From the NCBI RefSeq assembly GCF_004010195.1, contig NC_057720.1:8147883-8211882 (forward strand): a stretch of DNA of 64,000 nucleotides. The letters run 5' to 3'. Position 1 is the first letter of the stretch; each line of letters begins with the position of its first letter. The notes under the pieces are model-generated. The model ran no database searches. It was not told the origin of the DNA and saw only the letters and a list, made by a program, of their open reading frames with translations. The translations under genes were made by a program, and so were the position numbers. This DNA comes from Chiloscyllium plagiosum. Taxonomy: Eukaryota. Shown piece after piece: positions 52,328-63,144 of the stretch.

Positions 52328-53157
52328 TGATAAATGCTGGGGGTCCAAGCCTGCAGTACTCCACAATTTGGGCTTGACGTTATCCTGTGCAGCGGACGCT
52401 GGATCTCTGGACCAAGCGTGCACTTTATAACCTACTCCAGGGAGATGGTTCACTTCTTAAAAGAAATATTTTGAGGAGGCAATTGCTTAGACTACTCTCT
52501 CAAACTGTGAGTCGCTTGGAAACTCTGAGACCCTTCTAAGAAATTTCTCAATTTCACCACCCCACACCCTTTTGGACAAGAGTTGATGGGCAATTTGAAA
52601 AGCACAGATGAGGCACTTTTGGTTGCAAGTCGTAACACAACATGGACATGGGAAGCTGATGTGAGCTTTATTATGTCTGCGGGGCCCTTGCTAATTCATG
52701 CTGGACAAAAAAACTGTTAAATATCCATCAGCTGTGACTATCAGCATTTGCGTGTCGAATGCGTTCTGCACTTAAACTTCATTACTTGCTTTATCTGCCC
52801 TGTGGCTTCAGCTGATGAGCATGTTTTTTTAATATAACTAATTCACACTATGTCCCTTCTCTAATTAAGGATGCCATTTCTTGCACATGTCTTTCAGTTG
52901 TTTCCTTATCCTCTGCATTGTCACACATCCCTTATTAAAAGGCTCACCACATGCTTCAGTCTACACTCACCTCCGACCATCTGGTCTGAGGCAACGCGTT
53001 CATTAAGTCTGAAGCTGCTCCTTGCTATCACCAAAGCGTGCATTAGGAATAAGGCTTTGCATCTGTAAAGTGCCCTTCAAATTCTCAGAATTTCCCAACT
53101 GTGCTTCAAAGCCTATAATTTTGCTAAACTATTCATGGTATATGGCAAACGTTCATT

Positions 53158-53930
53158 AGAGTCATGGAGTCATAGAGATGTACAGCAAGGAAACTGACCC
53201 TTCGGTCCAACTCATCCATATCGACCAGATATCCCAACCCAATCTAGTCCCATTTGCCATCACTTTGCCCATATCCCTCTAAACCCTTCTATTCATATAC
53301 CCATCCAGATGCCTTTTAAATGTTGTAATTGTACCAGCCTCCACCATTTCCTCCAGCAACTCATTCCATACACGCACCACTCTCTGTGTGAAAAAGTTGC
53401 CTCTTGGATCCCTTTTAAATCTTCCCCCTCTCACCTTAAACCCATGCCCTCTAGTTTTGGACTCCACTACCTGGGGAAAAGACGTTGGCTATTCACCAGA
53501 TTCATGCCCCTCATGATTTTATAAACCTCTATAAAGTCACTCCTCAGCCTCCGATGCTCCAGGGAAAACAGCCCCAGCCTATTCAGCCTCTCCCTATAAT
53601 CCCTCCAACCCTGGCAACATCCTTGTAAATCTTTTCTGAACCCTTTCAAGCTTCAAAACCAGAGACCAGGATTGCACGCAGTATTCCAAAAGTGGCCACA
53701 CTAATGTCCTGTGAAACATGACCTCCCAAACCCTGTACTCAATGCACTGACCAATAAAGACAGGTGCACCAAATGCCTTGATCACTATCCTATCCACTTT
53801 CAAGGAACTATGAACCTCCGCTCCAAATTCTCTTTATTCCAAACACTCCCTAGGACTTTCCCATTAAGTGTATAACTCCTAGCCTGATTTACCTTCCCAA
53901 AATACAGCACCTCACATTTCTCTAAATTAC
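53158..53930 (-). mobile_element. CR1 (HER1-like) 3' fragment
   Basis: Peptide LERVQKRFTRMLPGL...FFTQRVVRVWNELLEE, followed by the tail. Confidence 0.9.
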
Positions 53931-54039
53931 CCCAATCACATGGAGGGCAGTTAAAAGTCAGCCACAGTCAGCTGGAGGTCTGGAGTTACATGTAGGTTAA
54001 GGCCCATAAAGTATGGCGGGTTTCCTTCCATCACTGGGG

Positions 54040-54335
54040 AGGCGATGGCAGAATGATATTATCATTGGTCTATTAATCCAGGACCCAGGTCATATCCTGG
54101 GGACATGGGTTCAAATCCTGTCATGGAAGATGGAATTAAAAGAGTCTAATGATGACCACAAAACCATTGGTTATTATTGGAAAAACCCATCTCATTTGCT
54201 GATGTCTTTCATGGAAGGAAATCTGCCATCCTTACCTGGTCTGGCCTACATGTGACTCCAGACCCACAGCAATGTCATTAACTCTTAACTGCCCTCTGGG
54301 CAATTAGGGATAGATGATAAATCCTGGCCTCGCCA
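54040..54335 (+). mobile_element. DeuSINE/SacSINE1-like SINE
   Basis: B box GGGTTCAAATCC and body CCTTACCTGGTCTGGCCTACATGTGACTCCAGACCCACAGC. Confidence 0.65.
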
Positions 54336-54492
54336 GAGTTGTCGCCACAATGTCCTCTCCAAAAGGATGAAACATGCATAGACGTTAAAGCTGAAATTCT
54401 GACATTTTTATATGATCTGATTGTCCTCAAGGACCAGCTGTACATGATATGACATTGTCAACATCTGCATAGAATGACATCGTCGTCGATTC

Positions 54493-55203
54493 TGAAAAAT
54501 GTGTTGCTGGAAAAGCGCAGCAGGTCAGGCAGCATCCAAGGAGCAGGAGAATCGACGTTTCGGGCATAAGCCCTTCTTCAGGAATGAGGAGGGTGTGCTA
54601 AGCAGGCTAAGATAAAAGGTAGGGAGGCTTTAACTCCCCCTCCCACTCCGCCAAGGATATGCAGGTCCTTGGCCTCCTCCATCGCCAGACCATGGCAACA
54701 TGACGCCTGGAGGAAGAGCGCCTCATCTTCTGCCTAGGAACCCTCCAACCACAAGGGATGAATGCAGATTTCTCCAGCTTTCTTATTTCCCCTCCCCCCC
54801 CCTTATCTCAGCCCCAACCCTCGGACTCAGCACCGCCTTCTTGACCTGCAATCTTCTTCCCGACCTCTCCGCCCCCACCCCCTCTCCGGCCTATCACCCT
54901 CACCTTAACCTCCTTCCACCTATTGCATTCCCAACGCCCCTCCCCCAAGTCCCTCCTCCCTACCTTTTATCTTAGCCTGCTTGGCACACCCTCCTCATTC
55001 CTGAAGAACGGCTTATGCCCGAAACGTCACCTCCCTACCTTTTATCTTAGCCTGCTTGGCACATCCTCCTCATTCTTGAAGAAGGGCTTATGCCCGAAAC
55101 ATCGATTCTCCTGTTCCTTGGATGCTGCCTGACCTGCTGCGCTTTTCCAGCAACACATTTTTCAGCTCTGATCTCCAGCATCTGCAGTTCTCACTTTCTC
55201 ATA
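54493..55203. mobile_element. Young PLE pseudo-LTR insert, inverted plus partial tandem, with three hammerhead motifs
   Basis: TSD GTC(G/A)TCGATTC at 54482-54492 and 55204-55214. Hammerheads at 54550-54585 (-), ~54997-55028 (+) and ~55072-55107 (+). Confidence 0.88.
54550..54585 (-). ncRNA. Minimal type I hammerhead ribozyme motif
   Basis: ATTC | CTGAAGA | A | GGGC-TTAT-GCCC | GAAA | C GTC | GATT. Stem I is weak, with one U-U mismatch. Confidence 0.68.
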
Positions 55204-56512
55204 GTCATCGATTCACACAGCACAGAAACAGACCCTTCAGTACAACCAGTCTGTGCCGAACATAATCCCAAACCAAGCTAGTCCCACAGGCCTGCTCCTG
55301 GCCCATATCCCTCCAAACCTTTCCGATTCATGTACTTATCCAAATATCTTTTAAATGTTGTCATTGTACCCACATCCACCACTTCATCAGGAAGTTCATT
55401 CCACACTCGAACCACCCTCTGTGTAAAAAGTTTGCCTCATGTGTTTCGTTAAATCTTTCTCTTCTCACCTTAAGAATGTGGCAGTGGACTGGAAATTTGA
55501 TTGGAACAGGTTATGGCAGGTACCTGAGGCAGCAGACTCTGGTCCCAGTGCCTGTGTGAAATTTGTGTCCTCTTTTTAACCTTTTGAATCTTCTCTGAGA
55601 AACAATGACAGATTCAGAGGTGGTGGCGGGGTTTTTAAATTGGTAGCCATGACTGAATCCATCTCCACCACTCCATGTCAGTCACATGATGCCATGGCAT
55701 ACATTCCATAATACAAAACCATCACAGTGGGAAGAGAAGTAGTCCATTTGGCCCATCATCATTCAATGAGATTGCGGATGATATGATAGTCCTCAACTCC
55801 ATTTTTCTGCCTTATCCCCATGACCTTTGATCCCGTTTCTAATTAAAAATCTGCCTACTTCAGCCTTAAGTCTACTCAATGACCCAGTCTTGACAGCTCT
55901 CTGTGGTAAAGAATTCCACAGATTCACTATCCTCTGAGAGAAGAAATTTCCCTTCTTCTCTGTCTAAAGTGGGCAACCTCTGAGATTATGCCCTCTGGAC
56001 CTAGACTCTCCCACAAGTAAAATAACCTTTCCCAATCTACCTGATCAAATCCCCTAAGAATCGCATATGTTTCAATAAGATCCTGTCTCATTCTCTAAAT
56101 TCCAACGAGTATAAGCCCAACCTATTCAATGTCTCCTCACAAGAAAACCCCTCCATACCCAGCATCAACATTGCCCCAGGCTTTCTATGTGTATACCCTA
56201 CCCAGCCCTGAGAAAAGACTGGTGGCTAATGGTGAGGTGGTGTTGGGTCACATCACAATGTCTTCATGTTGGTCTCCACAATAAATGATGAACAGGCTTG
56301 GAAATTGGAAAGCTTGAAATGAAAAACAAATGAGATATTGACTCACTCCTCAGTGAATTTTCTATGTCTGTCGTGTTCTCTGGGCATTCAGAAAGATGTT
56401 GGGAGAGCTTTATGACAGATAGTGCTGGGACTATAGCAGAATGACACACAGTGTCGGCACATTTTATTGCAGCTTCAGTGAAATAAAATAAAGAATGTTT
56501 CAGAGAACAGGT

Positions 56513-56575
56513 GTATGTGTGTGTGAGAGTGTGTGAGTGTGTGTGTGAGTGTATGTGTGTGAGTGAGTGGGTGGG
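56513..56575. repeat. Imperfect (GT/GA)n microsatellite
   Basis: GTATGTGTGTGTGAGAGTGTGTGAGTGTG... seen directly. Confidence 0.9.
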
Positions 56576-56692
56576 TGATGGATGGGAAGACCTTTAATCC
56601 CAGAGCCATGACTAACTCACACAGAGGGTGGTGTGTGTATGGAAAGAGCTGCCAGAGGAAGTGGTGGAGGCGGTACAATTACAGCATTTAAA

Positions 56693-56897
56693 TTGAATGA
56701 TTTGAAATGAATTTATTGTCATGTGTACTGAGACATAGTGAAAAGCTTTGCCTTGCGAGCAATACAGGCAGATCACAGAGTTAAGTAGCATAGATAAGTA
56801 AATAATAGGTAAACAGCGGCAAAAACAAAAACACAGACACAGGCGAACGATAAGGGTTTGTGCGTCTATTCAGTATTGTAACAACAGTACGGTAGAA
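56693..56897 (-). mobile_element. Rex1/Babar-like 3' end inserted in a CR1
   Basis: The minus strand gives FYRTVVTILN (compare SFFPQAIRL at 4662-5000), then ...CTTTTCACT...CATGACAATAAATTCATTTCAAATCATTCAA. ATTTAAA flanks both sides. Confidence 0.68.
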
Positions 56898-57629
56898 TTT
56901 AAAAGGCAACTGGATGGGTATATGAATAGGAAGGATGTGGGCCAAGGTCTAACAAATGGGACTAGATTGGGTTGGGATATCTGGTCAGTATGGATGAGTT
57001 GGACCGAAGTCTCTGTTTCTGTGCTGTACATCTCTATGACTCTATGACTCTAACTGTGACCTAAAATCTCAATTGGCTATGGAGCTCTGTTTGGCATCTC
57101 TGTTCGGGAGCCACCACCACCACCACAACCACCACAATGCCTCAAGTTAATTGCACATCGATGCTTGATTTGCTAATTAGAGATGGTGGGCAGTGGATCA
57201 GAAGGAACCCCTCAATTTCCATTCTCGTTCCCTGACCTGTCGAAGTACATCTAATCCAGCCTGATCTAATCCATTCATGTCAACGCATTTTGGTATGTGT
57301 TAATACCTCAAGAGACTAATATAAAGATATGTCCAGAATATATAGATAGTGACATTGTTCTCAGTGAAGGGCTTGAGGTTCTGAAGCAATCAGCATTCTA
57401 TAAGTGGGAACAGGAAAATAATAATAGGAAGACATGTTCTCGTGATGAGATTATAGTACAACCAGTCCCTGGGTTCCATTCCGGAGTCTGTTGCAAATTG
57501 ACTTGTGAACGAGTCAGAACACAAGTCAGGACAATAGAAAGCAGCAGTTTGTAAGTACAGGAAATGTTTGCATGTCGGTCTTTAATTTTAAAACCACGTT
57601 TGGGATGGCATTTGAAAATTGAACCATCA

Positions 57630-58380
57630 TAAAATGGGGTCCACTATACTGGTATTGCAGAGGTCCAAGCTAATATTTGGAGTCATGGGTGCAAATCCAC
57701 CCATGACATTTGGTGGAATTCAATAAATCTGGAAGTAAAAGCTTATACTAGTAATAGTGACTATAAAAGTATTGATGATTGTCTTACAACCCAACTTGAT
57801 TCAATATTTTCTCGGAGCGTCGGAGACTGAGGGGTGAGCTTATAGAGGTTTATAAAATTGTGAGGAACATGGATAGGCATAAATAGCCAAGTACTTTTTC
57901 CCAGGATATGAAAGTCCAAAACTAGAGGACATTGGTTTAAGATGAGAGGGGAAAGATTTAAAAGGGATTTGAGGGGCAATGTTTTCACGCAGAAAGTGGT
58001 ATGTGTATGGAATGAACTGCCAGAAGAGGTGGTGGAGGCTGATACAGTTACAACATTTAAAAGTCACCTGGATGGGTATATGAATAGGAAGGCTTTAGAT
58101 GGATTATGGGCCAAATGCTGGCAAATGGGACTAGATTTATTTAGGGTATCTGGTCGGCAGGCACGAGTTGGACTGAAGGCTTTGTTTCCGTGCTGTATGT
58201 CTCTATGATTCTACAATAATGCCCTTTTAGGGAAGGAAACTGCCTTCCTTACCTGGTCTGGCCTACAGGTGACTCCAGAGCCAGAGCAACGTGGTTGACT
58301 CTGAACAGCAAAACCATTCCATCACAGAGGCTGGCCTTGTCAGCAACGCTTGCATCCCCACTGAAAGAATAAATATAAAA
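57630..58380 (+). mobile_element. SacSINE1-like SINE split by a CR1 3' fragment (~57805-58213)
   Basis: The SINE body resumes at TAATGCCCTTTTAGGGAAGGAAACTGCC after the CR1 tail. Confidence 0.72.
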
Positions 58381-58730
58381 GCAAAAAAAAGACTCCTCAA
58401 AATTCTGTAGGCAAACTATATTCTCTCCCTCTCAAGTTGATCTGTTTGGAATAAATCTATTAATACGCTCATTACCAACTTGACTGATTTGTTTCCCTCA
58501 GCTGGAGCAAGTGTAATGTTATTCAATTGTTTGCTGATGAACCTTTCCAATTTTTATCAGCCACCTGCAATGGAGATTCACAGTGCGGGGGCTGTTTCAC
58601 ACAAACACACACAAACACATTTTTTTATGACTATGTATATATATCTGGATCTGTTCATGGGAGGTTTGAAGGATTGTGGGAGGAAGGCAAATACGATATT
58701 AAAACCAGAATAAAATAAATCTATCGGATG

Positions 58731-60289
58731 ACTGAGTTGAATGATTTATTGTCATTTGTATTTTACGGTGAACAATGCAGCGAAGGACAGTGGAAAGCTT
58801 CAACTGTTGCCACAATCTGGCGCCATTTTGAATATCTTAAGAATAAAAAGATATAACTGAAACTGCCTCTGCCATGATCCCTGAGCCGGCTCACCAACAA
58901 CATCTGGGCGGCCTCCTTTCTTCCACTGCCTCATCCCTGCCACCGCCTCCCCTCCTCCACTGCCTGAGCCCTCCACTGCTGGACCCACCAACATAGGAGT
59001 CACCATTCTTCAGGTGCCATTTCTTTGTTGCTGGGCCCACCTTGCCACCAATGCTGTTGCTGGGTGTTGTGCTGACCCCTACACATACCTGGCAACAAGG
59101 AGTCCCAGCTCCAGGCCTACTGAAACGAGGAGTCTCTGCTCCAAGCCTACTGTAACCAGGAGTCCCTACTTTGGTCCACAGCAACCAGGAGTCCCTGCTC
59201 CAGGCCTACTGCAACCAGGAGTCCCTGCTCCAGGCCTACTGAAACCAGGAGTCCCTGCTCCAAGCCTACAGCAACCAGGAGTCCCTGCTCCAAGCCTACA
59301 GTAACCAGGAGTCCCTGCTCCAGGCCTACTGAAACGAGGAGACCCTGCTCCAAGCCTACTGTAACCAGGAGTCCTTGCTCCAGGCCTACTGCAACCGGGA
59401 GTCCCTGCTCCAAGCCTACTGTAACCAGGAGTCCCTGCTCTTGATAACAGCAACCAGGAGTCCATGCTCCAGGCCTACTGAAACCAGGAGTCCCTGCTCC
59501 AAGCCTACAGCAACCAGGAGTCCCTGCTCCAGGCCTACATCAACCAGGAGACCCTGCTCCAGGCCTACAGCAACCAGTAGTCCCCGCTCTAGGCGTACTG
59601 CAACAGGATTCCTTGCTCCTAGCCTACTGCAACAGATGCCCTTGCTCCGAACCTACTGCAACAGGTGTCCTTGCTTCAGGCCTACTGCAACAGGAGTCCT
59701 TGCTCCCAGCCTACTGCAACTAGGATTCCTTGCTCCCAGCCTACTGCAACCAGGAGGTCCTGTTCCAGGCTTACAGCAATCAGGATTCTCAACTCCCGGC
59801 CTACTGCAGCCAGGAGTTCCTGCTCTGAGCCTGCAGTAATCAGGAGTCCCCATTCCCATCCTACTGCAGCAAGGAGTTCCTGCTCCGAGCCTAAAGCATC
59901 CAGGATTCGCTAGCTCTGGGCCTACAGTAACCAGGAGTCCCCACTCCCAGCCTACTGCAGACAGGAATCCCTGCTCCAAGCCTACTACAACCAACCAGGA
60001 GTCCCCGCTCCGGGCCTACAGCAATCAGGATTCCCAACTCCGGGCCTACAGCAACCAGGAGTCCCTCAATCCGCTGCCAAGCCAGGTTAGGCTGGCCTTG
60101 CCACTAGTCCCATTTTGCCCGCCCTCCTCTGAGATGTTACCACCTCCGTCACCACTGACAGGAAGGAGATGAAGGAAAGGAATGAGAAAGAATATGAATG
60201 GGATCAGGAAGAAGAAAGGAAGCAGCTGGTCTGGAGCAGACTGGCTCAGGAACTTGAACACTGCCTGCCTTGCCGGCGCTGCCATCTTG
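58731..60289 (-). mobile_element. Non-autonomous Rex-tailed element containing a minisatellite
   Basis: The minus strand starts CAAGATGGCAGCGCC and ends ...AAGCTTTCCACTGT...ATGACAATAAATCATTCAA, matching the 3' end of 56693-56897. Confidence 0.55.
59093..60066. repeat. 30-bp minisatellite, roughly 32-33 units
   Basis: Unit ACCAGGAGTCCCTGCTCCA(G/A)GCCTAC(T/A)G(C/T/A)A. It is homogeneous at ~59180-59560 and more diverged to the right. Confidence 0.95.
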
Positions 60290-60762
60290 TTGCCCTGGAA
60301 CAGTTACTGAATATCAAAGGCCTCTTTCTATTCCACAAGGTTCTATCATTCTTCAAATGCCTTTCTGGTGTAAAGGAAGTGACCAATTTCATAAACCAAC
60401 ATTCTGTTGTTAATTAAGTTAAAAAAGAGGTTCTAAAAGAAAAATGCACCATATCCAACATTTGAATAGTTGCCAAAGAAACATGACATAGAAGTTACAT
60501 AAGACTGCTGGAGATCTTAGAGTGCAGATAAGCACCTCCGACAGAATCCAGATGGGAGAAGTAGTTCAACCACAAGGAATCATGAAAGAAACAGTTTGAG
60601 CAGTAATAAGACTTATCTAAATATAATTTCACAGTACAGCAGGAGGCCATTTGGCTCATTGTGCCTGCACCAGTTCTATAATTTCATATCAATCCCTTTG
60701 CTTTTTCCCCATTCCCCTGCACACCATTACCAACCACCCGGAGACAATGGAAGTCTTTGCTT

Positions 60763-60834
60763 TCCCTGGTCGTCCAATGGTTCTCATTTGACACTCTTAG
60801 TGCTGTGACTTGGGTTCGATTCCCGGTCAGGGAA
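60763..60834 (+). pseudogene. Decayed tRNA-Glu(CTC) copy
   Basis: 72 nt, colinear with the vertebrate tRNA-Glu-CTC as recalled (about 17 mismatches, many of them transitions). The last 23 nt GGGTTCGATTCCCGGTCAGGGAA are intact, while the D and anticodon stems are disrupted. Confidence 0.8.
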
Positions 60835-60938
60835 TGGGAATTCTGCTCTGCTAATTTATTGTGATGATAGCGTTTCTGACCAATTTTCAGAAGCAGGAAA
60901 TAAGCTGTGGAGCTGGCAGGTAATCTACTTAAAAGAGA

Positions 60939-61203
60939 TGGCAGCTCAGTGGTTCACTCTGCTGCCTCACAGCATCAGGGACCCGGGTTCAATTCCAGCC
61001 TCAAGTGACTGTCTGTGTGGAGTTTGCACATTCTGTCCGTGTCAGGTGGATTGGCCATGCTAAATTACCTGTAGTATCCAGGGATATGCAGTTAGATGGA
61101 TTAGCCATGGGAAATGCAGAATTACAGTGATAGGGTGGGATGCTCTTCGGAAGATGAGTGTGGACCTGATGGGCTGAATGGCCTGTGTCCACACTGTAGG
61201 GAT
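60939..61203 (+). mobile_element. HE1/V-SINE-like SINE with an internal deletion
   Basis: GCTCAGTGGTT...GGGTTCAATTCC head and CR1-like tail. Confidence 0.82.
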
Positions 61204-61802
61204 TATATTTTTAAAAAATCCAAATTAACCTGGCCTTTTGAATGAATTGATTGAACCTACCTTCCGCCATATGTCCAGCCAGTGCATTCCACTCACTGTG
61301 CTTTCTTTACACATGATTATAAATCTATGCTCTTGCATTCTTGTTCCTTTCACAATTGGAACAGTTTCTCCTCATCTACTCTGTCCAGCTCACTCACAAT
61401 TTTGAAAACTACAATTAGATCTCCTCTTTAGGGAAAACAGTCCCAATTTGTTCAGCAAATCTTCATAATTGAAGTTTCTCATTTCTGGACAATTGTAGTA
61501 AATTGTTTCAATCAGGTCGGCCCACTGTTCCAGATAAAACACATGATTCTATCCAATCTTCTCTCATAACTAATATTCTTCAGTCAAAGTATCATCTTCA
61601 TAAATTTTCTCTCTGTCTCTCTGGGACAATCATGTCTTTATGGAGCAGAGACGAGAAGTGTAAACAGTATTTTATCATGGCGTAACTAACGTTTCATACA
61701 GTTTTGTAGGTAAAAACAATGAATATAGATGCTGGAAACCAGATTCTGGATTAGTGGTGCTGGAAGAGCACAGCAGTTCAGGCAGCATCCGAGGAGCAGT
61801 AA

Positions 61803-61838
61803 AATCGACGTTTCGGGCAAAAGCCCTTCATCAGGAAT
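61803..61838 (-). ncRNA. Minimal type I hammerhead ribozyme motif
   Basis: ATTC | CTGATGA | A | GGGC-TTTT-GCCC | GAAA | C GTC | GATT. Confidence 0.7.
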
Positions 61839-62732
61839 ACAGGCAGAGAGCCTGAAGAGTGGAGAGATAAGTGAGAGGAGGGTNNNNNNNNNNNNNNNNN
61901 NNNNNNNNNNNNNNNNNNNNNNNNNNNNNNNNNNNNNNNNNNNNNNNNNNNNNNNNNNNNNNNNNNNNNNNNNNNNNNNNNNNNNNNNNNNNNNNNNNNN
62001 NNNNNNNNNNNNNNNNNNNNNNNNNNNNNNNNNNNNNNNNNNNNNNNNNNNNNNNNNNNNNNNNNNNNNNNNNNNNNNNNNNNNNNNNNNNNNNNNNNNN
62101 NNNNNNNNNNNNNNNNNNNNNNNNNNNNNNNNNNNNNNNNNNNNNNNNNNNNNNNNNNNNNNNNNNNNNNNNNNNNNNNNNNNNNNNNNNNNNNNNNNNN
62201 NNNNNNNNNNNNNNNNNNNNNNNNNNNNNNNNNNNNNNNNNNNNNNNNNNNNNNNNNNNNNNNNNNNNNNNNNNNNNNNNNNNNNNNNNNNNNNNNNNNN
62301 NNNNNNNNNNNNNNNNNNNNNNNNNNNNNNNNNNNNNNNNNNNNNNNNNNNNNNNNNNNNNNNNNNNNNNNNNNNNNNNNNNNNNNNNNNNNNNNNNNNN
62401 NNNNNNNNNNNNNNNNNNNNNNNNNNNNNNNNNNNNNNNNNNNNNNNNNNNNNNNNNNNNNNNNNNNNNNNNNNNNNNNNNNNNNNNNNNNNNNNNNNNN
62501 NNNNNNNNNNNNNNNNNNNNNNNNNNNNNNNNNNNNNNNNNNNNNNNNNNNNNNNNNNNNNNNNNNNNNNNNNNNNNNNNNNNNNNNNNNNNNNNNNNNN
62601 NNNNNNNNNNNNNNNNNNNNNNNNNNNNNNNNNNNNNNNNNNNNNNNNNNNNNNNNNNNNNNNNNNNNNNNNNNNNNNNNNNNNNNNNNNNNNNNNNNNN
62701 NNNNNNNNNNNNNNNNNNNNNNNNNNNNNNNN

Positions 62733-63144
62733 AGGTGTCGGAGATGGTCCAGGTAAATTTAAGGTCAGGGTGGAATGTGTTGCTGAAGTTGATTAATTGC
62801 TCAACCTCCTCGCGGGAGCACGAGGTGGTGCCAATGCAGTCATCAATGTAGCGGAGGAAGAGGTGGGGAGTGGTGCCGGTGTAATTACGGAAGATCGACT
62901 GTTCTACGTAGCCAACAAAGAGACAGGCATAGCTGGGGCCCATACAGGTGTCCATGGCTACCCCTTTGGTCTGGAGGAAGTGGGAGGATTCGAAGGAGAA
63001 ATTGTTAAGGGTGAGGACCAGTTCGGCCAAACAAATGAGAGTGTCGGTGGAAGGGTACTGTTGGGGACGTCGGGAGAGGAAGAAACGGAGGGCTTGGAGG
63101 CCCTGGTCATGGCGGATGGAGGTGTAGTGGGATTGGATATCCAT
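62733..63144 (-). pseudogene. PLE reverse transcriptase core fragment (YIDD motif)
   Basis: Telomerase/PLE-type motifs D..S.YT.I, Q..G.AM...P.YA.LF and RYIDD. The conserved AMG reads AMD here. Confidence 0.85.

Larger units (their letters stand above)
55204..57050. mobile_element. CR1 3' fragments: minus ~55204-55480 and ~55720-56170, plus ~56615-57050
   Basis: CR1 3' UTR and tail motifs. Confidence 0.75.

Noticed and set aside
57297..57554. 85-aa ORF ending near a GTAAGT donor
   Set aside because: It has a non-ATG start and no recognisable domain, and part of it resembles a decayed tRNA-SINE head.
59014..59994. Repetitive ORFs (PGVPAPGLLQ, VGLEQGLLV, TATRSPCSRP) suggesting a collagen- or mucin-like protein or a CRISPR array
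   Set aside because: The 30-bp period keeps several frames open on both strands, and 29-bp units shift the frame. There are no unique spacers and no cas genes. It is a minisatellite.
7790..61203. tRNA-like heads of SINE copies as tRNA genes
   Set aside because: Each continues into a SINE body and LINE-derived tail and lacks a complete cloverleaf.
61729..62851. Long ORFs of 326-437 aa (also 23040-23835 and 4953-5310)
   Set aside because: Their length comes from N-gaps. Only the PLE RT part of the minus-strand ORF and the CR1 remnant at 5003-5518 are meaningful.
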